Below, one piece after another: positions 37,257 through 47,255 of a stretch of 64,000 nt of DNA (its first letter is position 1; every line of letters starts with the position of its first letter). Origin of the DNA: a virus (lineage: Duplodnaviria; Caudoviricetes). Where the stretch lies: the IMG/VR virus record IMGVR_UViG_3300028887_000090, positions 37,852 to 101,851 of that record, one strand, 5' to 3'. Both the position numbers and the translations under genes were made by a program. The notes beneath the pieces are model-generated. The model did no database searches. It was not told the origin of the DNA and saw only the letters and a program-made list of their open reading frames with translations.

Positions 37257-38630
37257 ATGGCAGAACTGGCCTATAAGCGTAAAGCCAGGCTGAGAGGTAA
37301 GAACCGAAAGGTTCGTTTCAGTATGGTTTACGACATGAATAACATTCGTGTCGGTGAGAAAGAGGCGCGTAAGGGCAAGGCTTCTCCAAGGAACTATCAT
37401 AAGGGTGTTCGTATCTTCGACAGCCGTCCTGATGAGTTCATTAAGGAGATACACGATGCTTTGGAGGCGAGAACCTATCACACCAGTAAACCGACGGTCT
37501 GTGATCAGTTGTGTCCCTGTGGTAAGGTTCGCCGTCTGACGAAGCTCCCATATTATCCTGACCACATCGTTCATCACGCGCTGATGAATGTGTCCTACCC
37601 TATAATGAAGCGATTCTATTACTATGATTCGTATGCCAGTATCTCTGGTAAGGGTATGCACTTCGCATCCAAGCGTGTGAAACGATACATCAGTGAGCAT
37701 GCGAAGGCAGGTAGGTTGTATTGGATCAAGCGGGATTTCGTGAAGTTCTATCACAACATCAATCAGCAGAAAGCCTTCGACTGTGTTTGCAACCTCTTCG
37801 GCGACAGTGGCATCCGCTATCTGTTCCATGAAGCGGTTACGGTCTGTGAGCAGGGATTGGGTATAGGCTTGTTTCCTATACAGCCCATAGCCAACCTCTA
37901 CACATGTGGCGTTTGCCGTGAGGTGATGCGTCGTTTCGAGGTGAGGATATTCGTCTATTGCGATGATATCCTGCTGATCGGAGAGGATAAGAAGGAGGTG
38001 TGGAAGGCCAGTAACTTCTTAGAGGAATATGCCAACAAAGTGATGGAGCAGCCACTACACGAAGAGGTGGGGATGCAGATTATCGATAACGAGCATTTCT
38101 GCGATTTCGTGGGCTATCGTTTCTATATGAACCGCACACATCTTCGTAAGCGCATGAAGGGCATCTTTATGTGTCGTATGCACAATATCAAGGATCCTAT
38201 GATTCGCTATCAGGTTGCTACCTCCTATAAGGGATGGCTGATGTACTGTGATGGTTTCTCTTTCTGGTGCAGAGTTATGGGAATGAAATCTTTTAAGGAG
38301 CTGATGGTTCCGAAATTTGAGGAAGTGGATGGCGAGGGCAAGCGTATGCTTAAAGGTACGCGATGCAGCGCCTCCATCTTCGTGGGTCGTGAGATTATCT
38401 TCCGTGATGCCGAGATTGGTGTACGTTCGAAATTCAGCAAGAATGGCAGAGAGAAGAAATCTACGCTCATTCAGGTAGAGGAGCATGGTCAGCTGTTCAA
38501 GTTCTTTACAGACAACCAGAAGCTCATCAAGACGATGGAGTATGTGAAGAATCAGGATGGTTTTCCGTTCAAAGGCATGTTGGTAAACATGAATAAGACC
38601 GGTGGTCTCCCCGACTATGAGATAGAATAG
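37257..38630 (+). CDS. DGR reverse transcriptase with C-terminal extension
   Basis: PYYPDHIVHHA, GKGMH, KRDFVKFY, GLGIG...Q, YCDD, DFVGY motifs; adjacent to the TR. Confidence 0.92.
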   Translation: MAELAYKRKARLRGKNRKVRFSMVYDMNNIRVGEKEARKGKASPRNYHKGVRIFDSRPDEFIKEIHDALEARTYHTSKPTVCDQLCPCGKVRRLTKLPYYPDHIVHHALMNVSYPIMKRFYYYDSYASISGKGMHFASKRVKRYISEHAKAGRLYWIKRDFVKFYHNINQQKAFDCVCNLFGDSGIRYLFHEAVTVCEQGLGIGLFPIQPIANLYTCGVCREVMRRFEVRIFVYCDDILLIGEDKKEVWKASNFLEEYANKVMEQPLHEEVGMQIIDNEHFCDFVGYRFYMNRTHLRKRMKGIFMCRMHNIKDPMIRYQVATSYKGWLMYCDGFSFWCRVMGMKSFKELMVPKFEEVDGEGKRMLKGTRCSASIFVGREIIFRDAEIGVRSKFSKNGREKKSTLIQVEEHGQLFKFFTDNQKLIKTMEYVKNQDGFPFKGMLVNMNKTGGLPDYEIE

Positions 38631-38655
38631 TATTCACTTTTAAATAATAGCTATT

Positions 38656-39342
38656 ATGACAGAGATTAAGAAAATCGAGTTTAACGAGCAGCCCGCTCTC
38701 ATCGAGTACGAGGGTGCTCAGGTTCGTATCAATTTCGACGTAGAGACTGGTACGGCAGTGTCTAACAATGGTGCAGAGAGTGGCGAGCAGGAGCCTCGTA
38801 CCATCTATCTGGCTTACGTTGTGCGTATGGATAATCCGCTCAACGAGGAGCGCGTAAAGGAGGCTGTCATGGCAGCCGGATTCCCTGAGTTCAAGGCCGA
38901 CGAAGTGGCTGCATTGGTGATGAAGAGTGTGATGGAAGGCTACGGCAACGAGTCTGGCATCCTGGCTTATGCAAAGAAGGCCGTCATTGCCCGCATCAGT
39001 CAGTACGACATCAGCGATGCCGTCAACAACTTCACCTTCGATGCTATTGACATGTGGCTCGACCGTGAACTGCGTCAGACCCTTCGTCAGCGTTTCAACG
39101 ATGAGAAGGAAGAGGGATTGGCACAGACCAACCTTGTGTATGGCGAATTGGTCATCACCCTGCCTATCGACCTGGCTATTGGCCTGATTAAGGATCTGGA
39201 GCGTTATGCCCGTCAGTGCTACGACCAGACGGCCCGCCACAAGGCTGCTGTGCTGGCCCTCGACAATGTGGCTGATGTGCTGGCCTACGACTTCACACAG
39301 GGCTATCCCACACAGTTGGATTTCGTCGGCGAGGCTGAGTAA
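38656..39342 (+). CDS. DUF4376-like tail-associated protein
   Basis: YDISDAVNNF..MWLD...LERYARQCYDQT..HKAAV...YDFTQGYP. Confidence 0.65.
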   Translation: MTEIKKIEFNEQPALIEYEGAQVRINFDVETGTAVSNNGAESGEQEPRTIYLAYVVRMDNPLNEERVKEAVMAAGFPEFKADEVAALVMKSVMEGYGNESGILAYAKKAVIARISQYDISDAVNNFTFDAIDMWLDRELRQTLRQRFNDEKEEGLAQTNLVYGELVITLPIDLAIGLIKDLERYARQCYDQTARHKAAVLALDNVADVLAYDFTQGYPTQLDFVGEAE

Positions 39343-39348
39343 TCATTA

Positions 39349-39906
39349 ATGATTCTTTCCGCTATGGTTACGCTGTTAATACTGTCTCTCCTGTTGGTCA
39401 CGCTCTACGTGGGCGTGGCCACCTGGAGGCTCGGTGCATTGCCCGATAGCATATCGTCGATGGTCTATGTGCTGCCTGAAGGTGGTTGGCGCTGGCTATG
39501 GACGGCATGGCTCTGGGTGGTGGCACTGCTGACGTGCATCCCTGCAATCGAGGCCCTGAGTTACAAAGGTCTGGAGGTTTTTGGATTCTTCACGCTGGTT
39601 TGTATCGGATTCACGGGTGCCATGCCACTGTTCCTGAAGGAAATGATTCGTACACACTATATCCTCTCTATTGCCGGTGGTATCTTCTCGCAGGTCTGTG
39701 TACTGATTATCTGTCCCTGGTTCCTCGCGCTCTGGCTGCTGATGGTGTGGTTCTTACTCGACAGTCTTACGGCTGGCGATAAGCCACGTTGGTACGATCA
39801 TAAGTCCGTATTAATCAGCGAAGCCATCTGCTATGCCTCTTATATCGGCAGTCTCCTGGTGTTCTTTTTAACTCTCAATTCTCAACTCTCAACTCTCAAC
39901 TTGTAA
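39349..39906 (+). CDS. Multi-pass membrane protein
   Basis: About 5-6 hydrophobic helices; PDSISSMVY motif. Confidence 0.7.
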   Translation: MILSAMVTLLILSLLLVTLYVGVATWRLGALPDSISSMVYVLPEGGWRWLWTAWLWVVALLTCIPAIEALSYKGLEVFGFFTLVCIGFTGAMPLFLKEMIRTHYILSIAGGIFSQVCVLIICPWFLALWLLMVWFLLDSLTAGDKPRWYDHKSVLISEAICYASYIGSLLVFFLTLNSQLSTLNL

Positions 39907-39910
39907 CGTT

Positions 39911-41008
39911 ATGCCAAATTCAATATCCAACCATTTTGCGATTACGGCACTCCAAGAGGGTATTACCGTACAGGGTTCTCTTCGTATCAACGGATCGCTC
40001 TCGCAGAATTTCAATCCTCGTAGTGGCACAGCTGTTCCCGACTGGAAGGGTGATGCCTCTACCCGTCCGTCGCTTTATCCGGTCATCCGTCGTGGCTCGG
40101 TATATATGAGTAAAAATCAGATATTCCAGGCTAAGTGGTACTACAACGATATCCAGATTCAGTTTGGTGCTGATGGCAAGTCCACCAACTTCAAGGATGC
40201 AGCCAACGACCCGCTCTTCCATTTGGGTACGACGACTGTAGAATTGGGTGGTGTCGATGTCTTGGTAGAGGAACTGACTATTATATCTAACCTCGCTTCT
40301 GAGGGCAACACCGACCTCGACAGCATCAGCTATCAGGGTTCTGTCGAACTCAATGGTAAGCAACTTCAGTTCCCGATGTGTTCGGTTGACGTGAAGATTG
40401 CTGAAATGAGTACGCAGGGCTATCTCGGTTTGCTGTCGCCTGAGTCTGCCATTATCTCCGCAAAGACGGGTGCTGGTAGCAGTGTCACCATCAAGGCTTC
40501 GCTTTATGATGACAGCGGACGCGCACCTGCCTCGTGGTTCTGTAAGTGGTACGATGCCGGTACTGGTACCGAGATTTCTAACTCAGCCGATAAGAAGCAG
40601 TTGACTTTCACGGAGTCCGATGTAACGGATAATCTGGTCATCCGTGTCGATTTCTTCACTGACTCGGCTCATACCAATAAAGTGACTTCTGCTTTTGCCT
40701 CTATCGATGATACGCAGGATCCAGAATACCTCTATATCTCGATGAATGGTAGCAACAGCGATTTCAGTGGTCAGCTGTCGCCTGGTGAGAGCGTCATCGT
40801 GACGGCATGGGTAGCTACGATGGAGGATTCTACGGCTATCAATACGGCCTACAATACCTTCGGTCTGAAGTTGTATAACGGTAATCAGGGTGAGATATCC
40901 GGAGGCCCGTCGATGACAGTTACCAACCATAAGGGATCTGTCACCATCGGTTATGATTTCGTGGCCCAGAACGGCTATAAGATTATGGGTATCGTGACAG
41001 CGCAATAA
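39911..41008 (+). CDS. Probable tail protein (Ig-like beta domains)
   Basis: 365-aa S/T/G-rich ORF; IDDTQDPE motif. Confidence 0.6.
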   Translation: MPNSISNHFAITALQEGITVQGSLRINGSLSQNFNPRSGTAVPDWKGDASTRPSLYPVIRRGSVYMSKNQIFQAKWYYNDIQIQFGADGKSTNFKDAANDPLFHLGTTTVELGGVDVLVEELTIISNLASEGNTDLDSISYQGSVELNGKQLQFPMCSVDVKIAEMSTQGYLGLLSPESAIISAKTGAGSSVTIKASLYDDSGRAPASWFCKWYDAGTGTEISNSADKKQLTFTESDVTDNLVIRVDFFTDSAHTNKVTSAFASIDDTQDPEYLYISMNGSNSDFSGQLSPGESVIVTAWVATMEDSTAINTAYNTFGLKLYNGNQGEISGGPSMTVTNHKGSVTIGYDFVAQNGYKIMGIVTAQ

Positions 41009-41060
41009 CAAGGCGCTGCCCTAATTCTTAATTCTCAATTCTCAATTTTCAATTTCGAAG

Positions 41061-44000
41061 ATGAATCCGGTTATATCGAATAATTTCGCATTGACGGCCC
41101 TGAAGCAAGGTGAGGACGCATTCGTTTGCGACCTCACCAATCAGATGGACGCTGTTCCCGTCGATGCCAATGGTAAAGTTACGTCAAAGACTGATGTGAG
41201 CACGACGGCCCGCATTATCAAAGGTGCAGGTATCATTCCGTCGGGTATCACGCCGACACCTGCTGCCTCTATGGTCATTGCGGGTGTCACGCCAACCGTC
41301 AATATTGCTGATGGTGAAGTCACCTACACATGGTCTTTTGCAAAAGGTACTACAGTCAGTGATGCCCGTTATGTGAAGAAAATCACGCTTACCTATAACG
41401 GACACTCTTACAGTGCCGACTTTACACTCGTGACCGATAAATCCGGAGCCACCTATAATCTGCTGCCTTCGCTCTCTGAGATACCCTTCGTCCGCGATGA
41501 TAGTAATGTGCTCATCCCTTCTTCGATGTATGTCTATTGCGGTTATGTTAAGAATCAGGATGGCACGGTTACTACCGTTAATGGTAAGGGCGACAATCAG
41601 CATACCAACATTGATAGTCGCTATTACATCTACTATCGTATAAAGAATGCCGATGGCACCTATGGCAGTTATACCCAGATGACCAAGAGTGGTATTCAGG
41701 TTAAGAACTCTGATACTTATGCAGCCATAGAGTTTGTGATGTCGTCTGCAACTACCGTTGGTGGTATTGCGGATGCTAATATCATCGATATCGAGGATGT
41801 GCCTGTAGTCCGTCAGAATGAGCGTGGCTATGGTATTGTTTGTTCTGTGCAGCGTAATAATTTCACAGAAGCTCAGTGGAATACTGATCCTGGTTATGGT
41901 GTGATAGGTCATAGTGACACTTTCACTGACACCAGCAGCATTCGTAACGGAGCCCGTAAGGGCGACCTCTTTACGGTCGTTGGTACGGCTACAGATACAC
42001 ACAATGGCCATACGGCTACCTATCGTTGTACCAATGCCTCTGGCAACCTCTCAGGTATCTGTATTGCTCATCAGGTTAGTAAGGCTGGCGATAACACCGC
42101 TACCGTACAACTTTTCCGTCGCAGTGCTACGGCCCTGACAGCAAGCGATAAACCTACCGGTACGCTGACCTATACCTTCTCAACAGGAAAACTCACGGGT
42201 GATGGTTTTAACAGTTGGTCTCAGACCGTACCAGCCAATGATGGCAATCCGCTATATATTATTGTGGCCACGGCTTATAGCAGCAGCGATACTGATACCA
42301 TTGCGGCTAACGAATGGAGCTCGCCTGTCTTGTATAATAAGGATGGTATGCACATTGCACCCGTATTCCTCTATAAGCGTGGTGCAACGACTCCAGATAA
42401 GCCAACTGTCGAATTAACCTACACGTTTTCTACGGGCGCTTTGACTGGTTCTGGTACCAATCCTTTGGCTGGTTGGTCGCAGAACATTCCTTCTACAGAT
42501 GGTCATCCTTGCTGGGTTATTCAGGCAACAGCTGTTGGCACGGGTACGACCGATAAGATTGCCGCCTCTGAATGGAGTGAGCAGCGTAAACTCGTAGAGG
42601 ACGGTACATCGCCTTATGTGGCCGATCTTGACAATGAAATGGATTCAGTAGCCTGTGATGCTGATGGTAAGACTACCAGTGAGCAGTATATTGAGACTAA
42701 TGTATGTTTCTATAAGGGCAATACCAAGCAGACTATCAAGAGTTCTGGAGGCATTGTCTGTAAGATTGGTAGTTATGAATTGGGGTCTGATTATGCCGCC
42801 GAAGGCTCTCCTACTCCAGCAGCTACCTATAAGGCTGTTGTTACTGGTCTTGGTACCACGAATGCAAACGTGAAGATCTATATCAAGTCCGGTACGTCTA
42901 TTACTTCTACGAATATCACTATTACGGTTAAATCTACCATCGATGGTGCCGACCGCACTGCTGACTTGGTACTGACCATGAATGGCATCCGTCCTGGTGG
43001 GAAGGGTGAAAATGCCATCCTTTATAACTTGATGCCAAGCGTCAGTGAGATTAATATCGGGCGTACAGATGCCGGTGGGTATAGCCCTACTACTTTCGAA
43101 CTGACGTGTGGCTATAAGAAGAATAACGGAGGTACGATTACCTCTGTTGAAAACGCAACTTCGCGTATTGATAGTAAGTACTACATTTATTATCGTCGTC
43201 GCACCCGTAGCAATCAGACGTGGGAGGGTACTTATTTCCGCTATGATTACTATCGCTCTGATAGTAGCCATTCTCTGACGGCCCTCGATGTTACTACCTA
43301 CGATGCCGTAGAGTTTATTATTTGTACTGCATCCTCTACTTCTTTCTATGTTTCGAATATAGGTAACTATATCCTTGTTGACAAAGAAACTGTCCCTGTC
43401 ATTTCTGATGGTAAGAAGGGTGATGGTGGCCCTACTGGTAACGGTATTTCTTCTGATGAGTTCTATTATTGTCAGACAACTACAGTAGAACCACCGCAGA
43501 CTACATATTTGACGGAAACTTACGGTTGGTATTTACGTGGTTCGGCTAATTGTCCGACGGCACCAACTGGAAAGAATAACTATCTTTGGGAGTGTCGTTA
43601 TATTCAATACTCTGTCGATACTTCGCAGAATAAGAAAATCCTGCGTCTGGTACTGATGCGTGATACGGAGGTGAAACCAAATCTTTTAGAGCAAACGGCA
43701 TTCGACTCTGAGGACTCTATGGATAAGTGGATGCACAATCTTGGTAGTATTGAAAATGTTGGTGAAGTTATTCCACAAGCGCGTGGTGCTCTAAATGCTT
43801 TCGGCGCTTTCCCGACTTCTGCATCCGAAAAGAACTTCCTTCAGCAGGTGGTTTTTGATCCTGGTGCTTTGGCGAAGATTAAGAGTAACGAATGGTACAC
43901 GCTTTCTTTCTATGCTCGTACCCGTCGTTATGTGGATATGGATGGTAATACCTATGGTTTCTATTTCCAGAACATCTATCTGAAGGCTGGAACTTATAAA

Positions 44001-45656
44001 CTTCAGTATAATGGTCGTTGCTCTGTCTCTGCTTATAATAATAATGTTAGTCTGAATGGTTATCTCTGGTATTCCGGCGATCATGGTCAGACTGAGGATT
44101 GGGGTAAATCTACCAATACGTCGTTATTGTCAAAGGCTGATACCACTGTGACGACTGGTAATTTCACGGTTAGCGTAGCCGGTTATTATAAGATTGGTTT
44201 CTATGCCTATAAGACTTCAGGCCATGCAGGTACGGAAAATGATATAGTTCATATTAACTGGTGGCGCATTCTCAGTGTTGGCGATAACTCGCAGATTTAT
44301 ACATTTCTCTATCCGACGGCTGTTAAGAATGGTACAACCTATTTCGTGGATGGTGTTGTGAAGAGCAATCTTCCTACTGATTGTAATGTCTGCTGGCAGT
44401 TGGATGAAGATGATGACGATTGTGACAACCTCGGTTGGACGCGCCACTCTGTGACATTCCAAACAAAATCTTCCATTACGATGGCAGAGCAGAAAGTTCT
44501 ATTTAGAATGTATAATACCTATGTGGAAATCTGCATGGTCAAATTGGAACAGAATGCAATGCCTACTGAGTGGTGTGAGAATGAGCATGATACTTCTACG
44601 GAGTGTAGCCATAATCCATGTGGCACCTGGGTAAGTGGAAACACTTATTATTATTGTAATGGTGTTCGGGATGTTGTGCGTGCTCTCGACTCTGCAAATG
44701 GTGGCTACAACTGGTTTAGAATGAAACGTAGAACGACTTTCTTGGGTTATAAATCTACTATTCAGCCTTATGCAGATACCGATCATTGGGAAAAGGGTAA
44801 CAAAATGAAGTTTACCATTGTGGACTCCATGTTTGCCGAAGAGATCTTTACGGATAAGTTGACAGTGGCTCGTTTGTTGACTACTCCGGATGATCGTGGT
44901 GCTCATGTCGAAATGCACGATGCCGTATTGGATATCTTTGGTACTCATGCTTTCCCGAATATCAGATTGGGTATTGATGATGATGGGTGTGCTGTTCTGA
45001 AATTCTTCAATAAGGATGGACTGTTAATGTACGACCTTGGTCCTGCTGGTATCTCTCAAACGGTTTCCCAGGATGAAGTTAGCCGTTTCTTGGATCGTTA
45101 TCAGTTGGTAGGTGCTAATGATAACAGTGATGTTAATATGGACGATGCTTATTCCTATTATAATAAGATATTTAATAAGAATACAGCCGGACAGCCCACT
45201 GCGATGTATTTCTATGAGGCAAAGATAACTGCTAATGTATTCGATGCAGGTCAGTATTGTGCTTCTGCCGCTGATGCACAAGCAGCTAATAAACGTATGT
45301 TCCTGGAACCAGCAGCTACTACTCCTTCTGGAAGGAAATATATACGTGATATTGCCAAATTCACTGGACTTGTTCGCTTTAGTCGATTTGGAAACGGACA
45401 GCCTATGGGTGGCTTGTTTATGACAAATCGCTCTGGGACGCTTTGTGATCAACCTGTTTATGAAGGAAGGGCTGTACCTGATGATTATGATACTTCATTG
45501 GATGGTTCTTCTTTAGAAGTCAACTTCTATACCGATGATGAGGGCTATTATATAGATCCCATCTATTATTGTTGGGTTATACATTTTGTCAATGGTGAGC
45601 AAGTGGAAGGTAAATTCTTCTATTATAATAAGTCAAAGGTTGATTTGATTGGTTAA
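41061..45656 (+). CDS. Large tail fibre / adhesin-like protein with internal duplications
   Basis: 1531 aa, T/G/S-rich; repeated DL.N.MD.V..DA.GK and TYTFSTG.LTG modules; CBM-like segment. Confidence 0.7.
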   Translation: MNPVISNNFALTALKQGEDAFVCDLTNQMDAVPVDANGKVTSKTDVSTTARIIKGAGIIPSGITPTPAASMVIAGVTPTVNIADGEVTYTWSFAKGTTVSDARYVKKITLTYNGHSYSADFTLVTDKSGATYNLLPSLSEIPFVRDDSNVLIPSSMYVYCGYVKNQDGTVTTVNGKGDNQHTNIDSRYYIYYRIKNADGTYGSYTQMTKSGIQVKNSDTYAAIEFVMSSATTVGGIADANIIDIEDVPVVRQNERGYGIVCSVQRNNFTEAQWNTDPGYGVIGHSDTFTDTSSIRNGARKGDLFTVVGTATDTHNGHTATYRCTNASGNLSGICIAHQVSKAGDNTATVQLFRRSATALTASDKPTGTLTYTFSTGKLTGDGFNSWSQTVPANDGNPLYIIVATAYSSSDTDTIAANEWSSPVLYNKDGMHIAPVFLYKRGATTPDKPTVELTYTFSTGALTGSGTNPLAGWSQNIPSTDGHPCWVIQATAVGTGTTDKIAASEWSEQRKLVEDGTSPYVADLDNEMDSVACDADGKTTSEQYIETNVCFYKGNTKQTIKSSGGIVCKIGSYELGSDYAAEGSPTPAATYKAVVTGLGTTNANVKIYIKSGTSITSTNITITVKSTIDGADRTADLVLTMNGIRPGGKGENAILYNLMPSVSEINIGRTDAGGYSPTTFELTCGYKKNNGGTITSVENATSRIDSKYYIYYRRRTRSNQTWEGTYFRYDYYRSDSSHSLTALDVTTYDAVEFIICTASSTSFYVSNIGNYILVDKETVPVISDGKKGDGGPTGNGISSDEFYYCQTTTVEPPQTTYLTETYGWYLRGSANCPTAPTGKNNYLWECRYIQYSVDTSQNKKILRLVLMRDTEVKPNLLEQTAFDSEDSMDKWMHNLGSIENVGEVIPQARGALNAFGAFPTSASEKNFLQQVVFDPGALAKIKSNEWYTLSFYARTRRYVDMDGNTYGFYFQNIYLKAGTYKLQYNGRCSVSAYNNNVSLNGYLWYSGDHGQTEDWGKSTNTSLLSKADTTVTTGNFTVSVAGYYKIGFYAYKTSGHAGTENDIVHINWWRILSVGDNSQIYTFLYPTAVKNGTTYFVDGVVKSNLPTDCNVCWQLDEDDDDCDNLGWTRHSVTFQTKSSITMAEQKVLFRMYNTYVEICMVKLEQNAMPTEWCENEHDTSTECSHNPCGTWVSGNTYYYCNGVRDVVRALDSANGGYNWFRMKRRTTFLGYKSTIQPYADTDHWEKGNKMKFTIVDSMFAEEIFTDKLTVARLLTTPDDRGAHVEMHDAVLDIFGTHAFPNIRLGIDDDGCAVLKFFNKDGLLMYDLGPAGISQTVSQDEVSRFLDRYQLVGANDNSDVNMDDAYSYYNKIFNKNTAGQPTAMYFYEAKITANVFDAGQYCASAADAQAANKRMFLEPAATTPSGRKYIRDIAKFTGLVRFSRFGNGQPMGGLFMTNRSGTLCDQPVYEGRAVPDDYDTSLDGSSLEVNFYTDDEGYYIDPIYYCWVIHFVNGEQVEGKFFYYNKSKVDLIG

Positions 45657-45687
45657 TTCTCCCCGATAACTCCTAAATTCCCCGATT

Positions 45688-46458
45688 ATGGATAATATTC
45701 AGGTTTTCAATCATCCGCAGTTTGGTGAAATCCGCACAGCAGGGTCATTCGACAATCCAGAGTTCTGTGCGATGGATCTTTGTCGTGCGCTGGGCTATAA
45801 GAATGGGCGTGATGCACTTGCAAAACATGTTGATGACCCCGACGTAGCAAAACGCGACATAGGGGTAGTTACTGGCAAAAAGGCAGACGGTACAGATGCT
45901 GTGCAGGTCGTGTCGGTTTCGTTTGTCAATGAATCAGGAATGTATTCTTTGGTTCTTGGTTCAACACTACCGCAGGCCAAACAGTTCAAACGCTGGATTA
46001 CGTATGATGTGTTGCCTGCCATTCGTCGTACTGGCTCCTACTCCATCGAGCAACTGTCGCGCAAGCAGCTGGCAATGATGGTAGTCCAGGCTGAGGAAGA
46101 AAAGGAGCGTTTGGAACTTGTGAACAAACAACAGCAACAGCAGTTGGAAGATCAGCGCCCGAAGGTGGTCTTTGCAGATGCCGTCATTGGTAGTAAGACG
46201 AACATCCTGGTACGCGACATGGCCAAACTCCTTCAGCAGAATGGCTACGATATTGGTGAGAAACGTCTGTACTGTTGGCTTCGCGATAACAAGTATCTCA
46301 CGCTCTCTAATATGCCTATGCAGCGTTACTCTGAAATGGGCTTGTTCTTTGTCGATGAAGGCGTGCATCCCGAAAATGGCGAAATGGCCTGTCACTTTAT
46401 TACGAAGGTTACACCCAAGGGACAGCAGTACTTCATCAATAAGTTCCTTCATAATTAA
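45688..46458 (+). CDS. Phage antirepressor (BRO-N plus KilAC/ANT domains)
   Basis: FNHPQFGEIRT, NESGMYSLV, FKRWIT.DVLPAIRRTGSY, PKVVFADAV, KVTPKGQQYF. Confidence 0.9.
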   Translation: MDNIQVFNHPQFGEIRTAGSFDNPEFCAMDLCRALGYKNGRDALAKHVDDPDVAKRDIGVVTGKKADGTDAVQVVSVSFVNESGMYSLVLGSTLPQAKQFKRWITYDVLPAIRRTGSYSIEQLSRKQLAMMVVQAEEEKERLELVNKQQQQQLEDQRPKVVFADAVIGSKTNILVRDMAKLLQQNGYDIGEKRLYCWLRDNKYLTLSNMPMQRYSEMGLFFVDEGVHPENGEMACHFITKVTPKGQQYFINKFLHN

Positions 46459-46485
46459 TTCATAACTTCATAAATTCATCAATCT

Positions 46486-47172
46486 ATGAAACAAACAATG
46501 ATTATTCTCGGTACGCCGCACTTGCTCAGTACACCTGGCAAGTGTGCGCCTGATGGTTCCATCCGTGAGGCAGTCTATTGCCGTGAGAGGATCCAAAGTA
46601 TAGCAGCTAAGTTACGCAGTTACGGTTACAATGTCGTCATCGACTACGAGGACGGCTACCTGCCTCAGAATCTTCAGACGAAGGATGTCAAACTCGAACA
46701 GTCGCGTGAGCTCTCCCTGCGCTGCCGTCTGGTCAACGACCTTTGTAAGCAGTATGATTGTATTTACGTGAGCGTCCACCTCAATGCCGCTGGTGCTGAT
46801 GGCAAGTGGCATGGTGCTGGTGGCTGGGCTGCCTATACGTCGCCTGGTAAGACGAAGGCCGACAACCTCGCTGAATGTCTCTATGATGCTGCCATCACCA
46901 ACCTTCGCGAGTACATCGATATTGTCAACACTGGTAAGATTCATGGTGACTATGGTAGCAACCAAACGCCTATTCGTATGGATAAGACTGATGGTGATCG
47001 TGACTATGAATCCAATCTCTATGTGTTGGCCCACACCAACTGTCCCGCCGTGCTCACTGAAAACCTATTCCAGGATAATAAACTGGACGTGAAGTTTCTC
47101 CTGTCAGATTCTGGTAAGCATGCCATCGAACGCCTCCATGTCGAAGGCATCCTGAAGTACCTCCAGAAGTAA
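46486..47172 (+). CDS. N-acetylmuramoyl-L-alanine amidase (Amidase_3), endolysin
   Basis: TPGK.APDG.IRE, VSVHLNAAG, PAVLTENLFQDN. Confidence 0.88.
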   Translation: MKQTMIILGTPHLLSTPGKCAPDGSIREAVYCRERIQSIAAKLRSYGYNVVIDYEDGYLPQNLQTKDVKLEQSRELSLRCRLVNDLCKQYDCIYVSVHLNAAGADGKWHGAGGWAAYTSPGKTKADNLAECLYDAAITNLREYIDIVNTGKIHGDYGSNQTPIRMDKTDGDRDYESNLYVLAHTNCPAVLTENLFQDNKLDVKFLLSDSGKHAIERLHVEGILKYLQK

Positions 47173-47196
47173 AATATCGGGCTTTCGCATTTGAAA

Positions 47197-47232
47197 TTGT
47201 CACGACCTTATGGCCGTGACTTTTTAATTTTG
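47197..47232 (+). promoter_or_regulatory. Phage promoter TTGTCAC-N21-TAATTTTG
   Basis: Motif copy. Confidence 0.7.
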
Positions 47233-47255
47233 TGGCAAATAAAACGTTTTATATC

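Noticed and set aside
37236-38630. Group II intron or retron interpretation of the RT
   Set aside because: The adjacent TR/VR pair with adenine-only mismatches identifies a DGR; no intron domain V or maturase/endonuclease features were seen.
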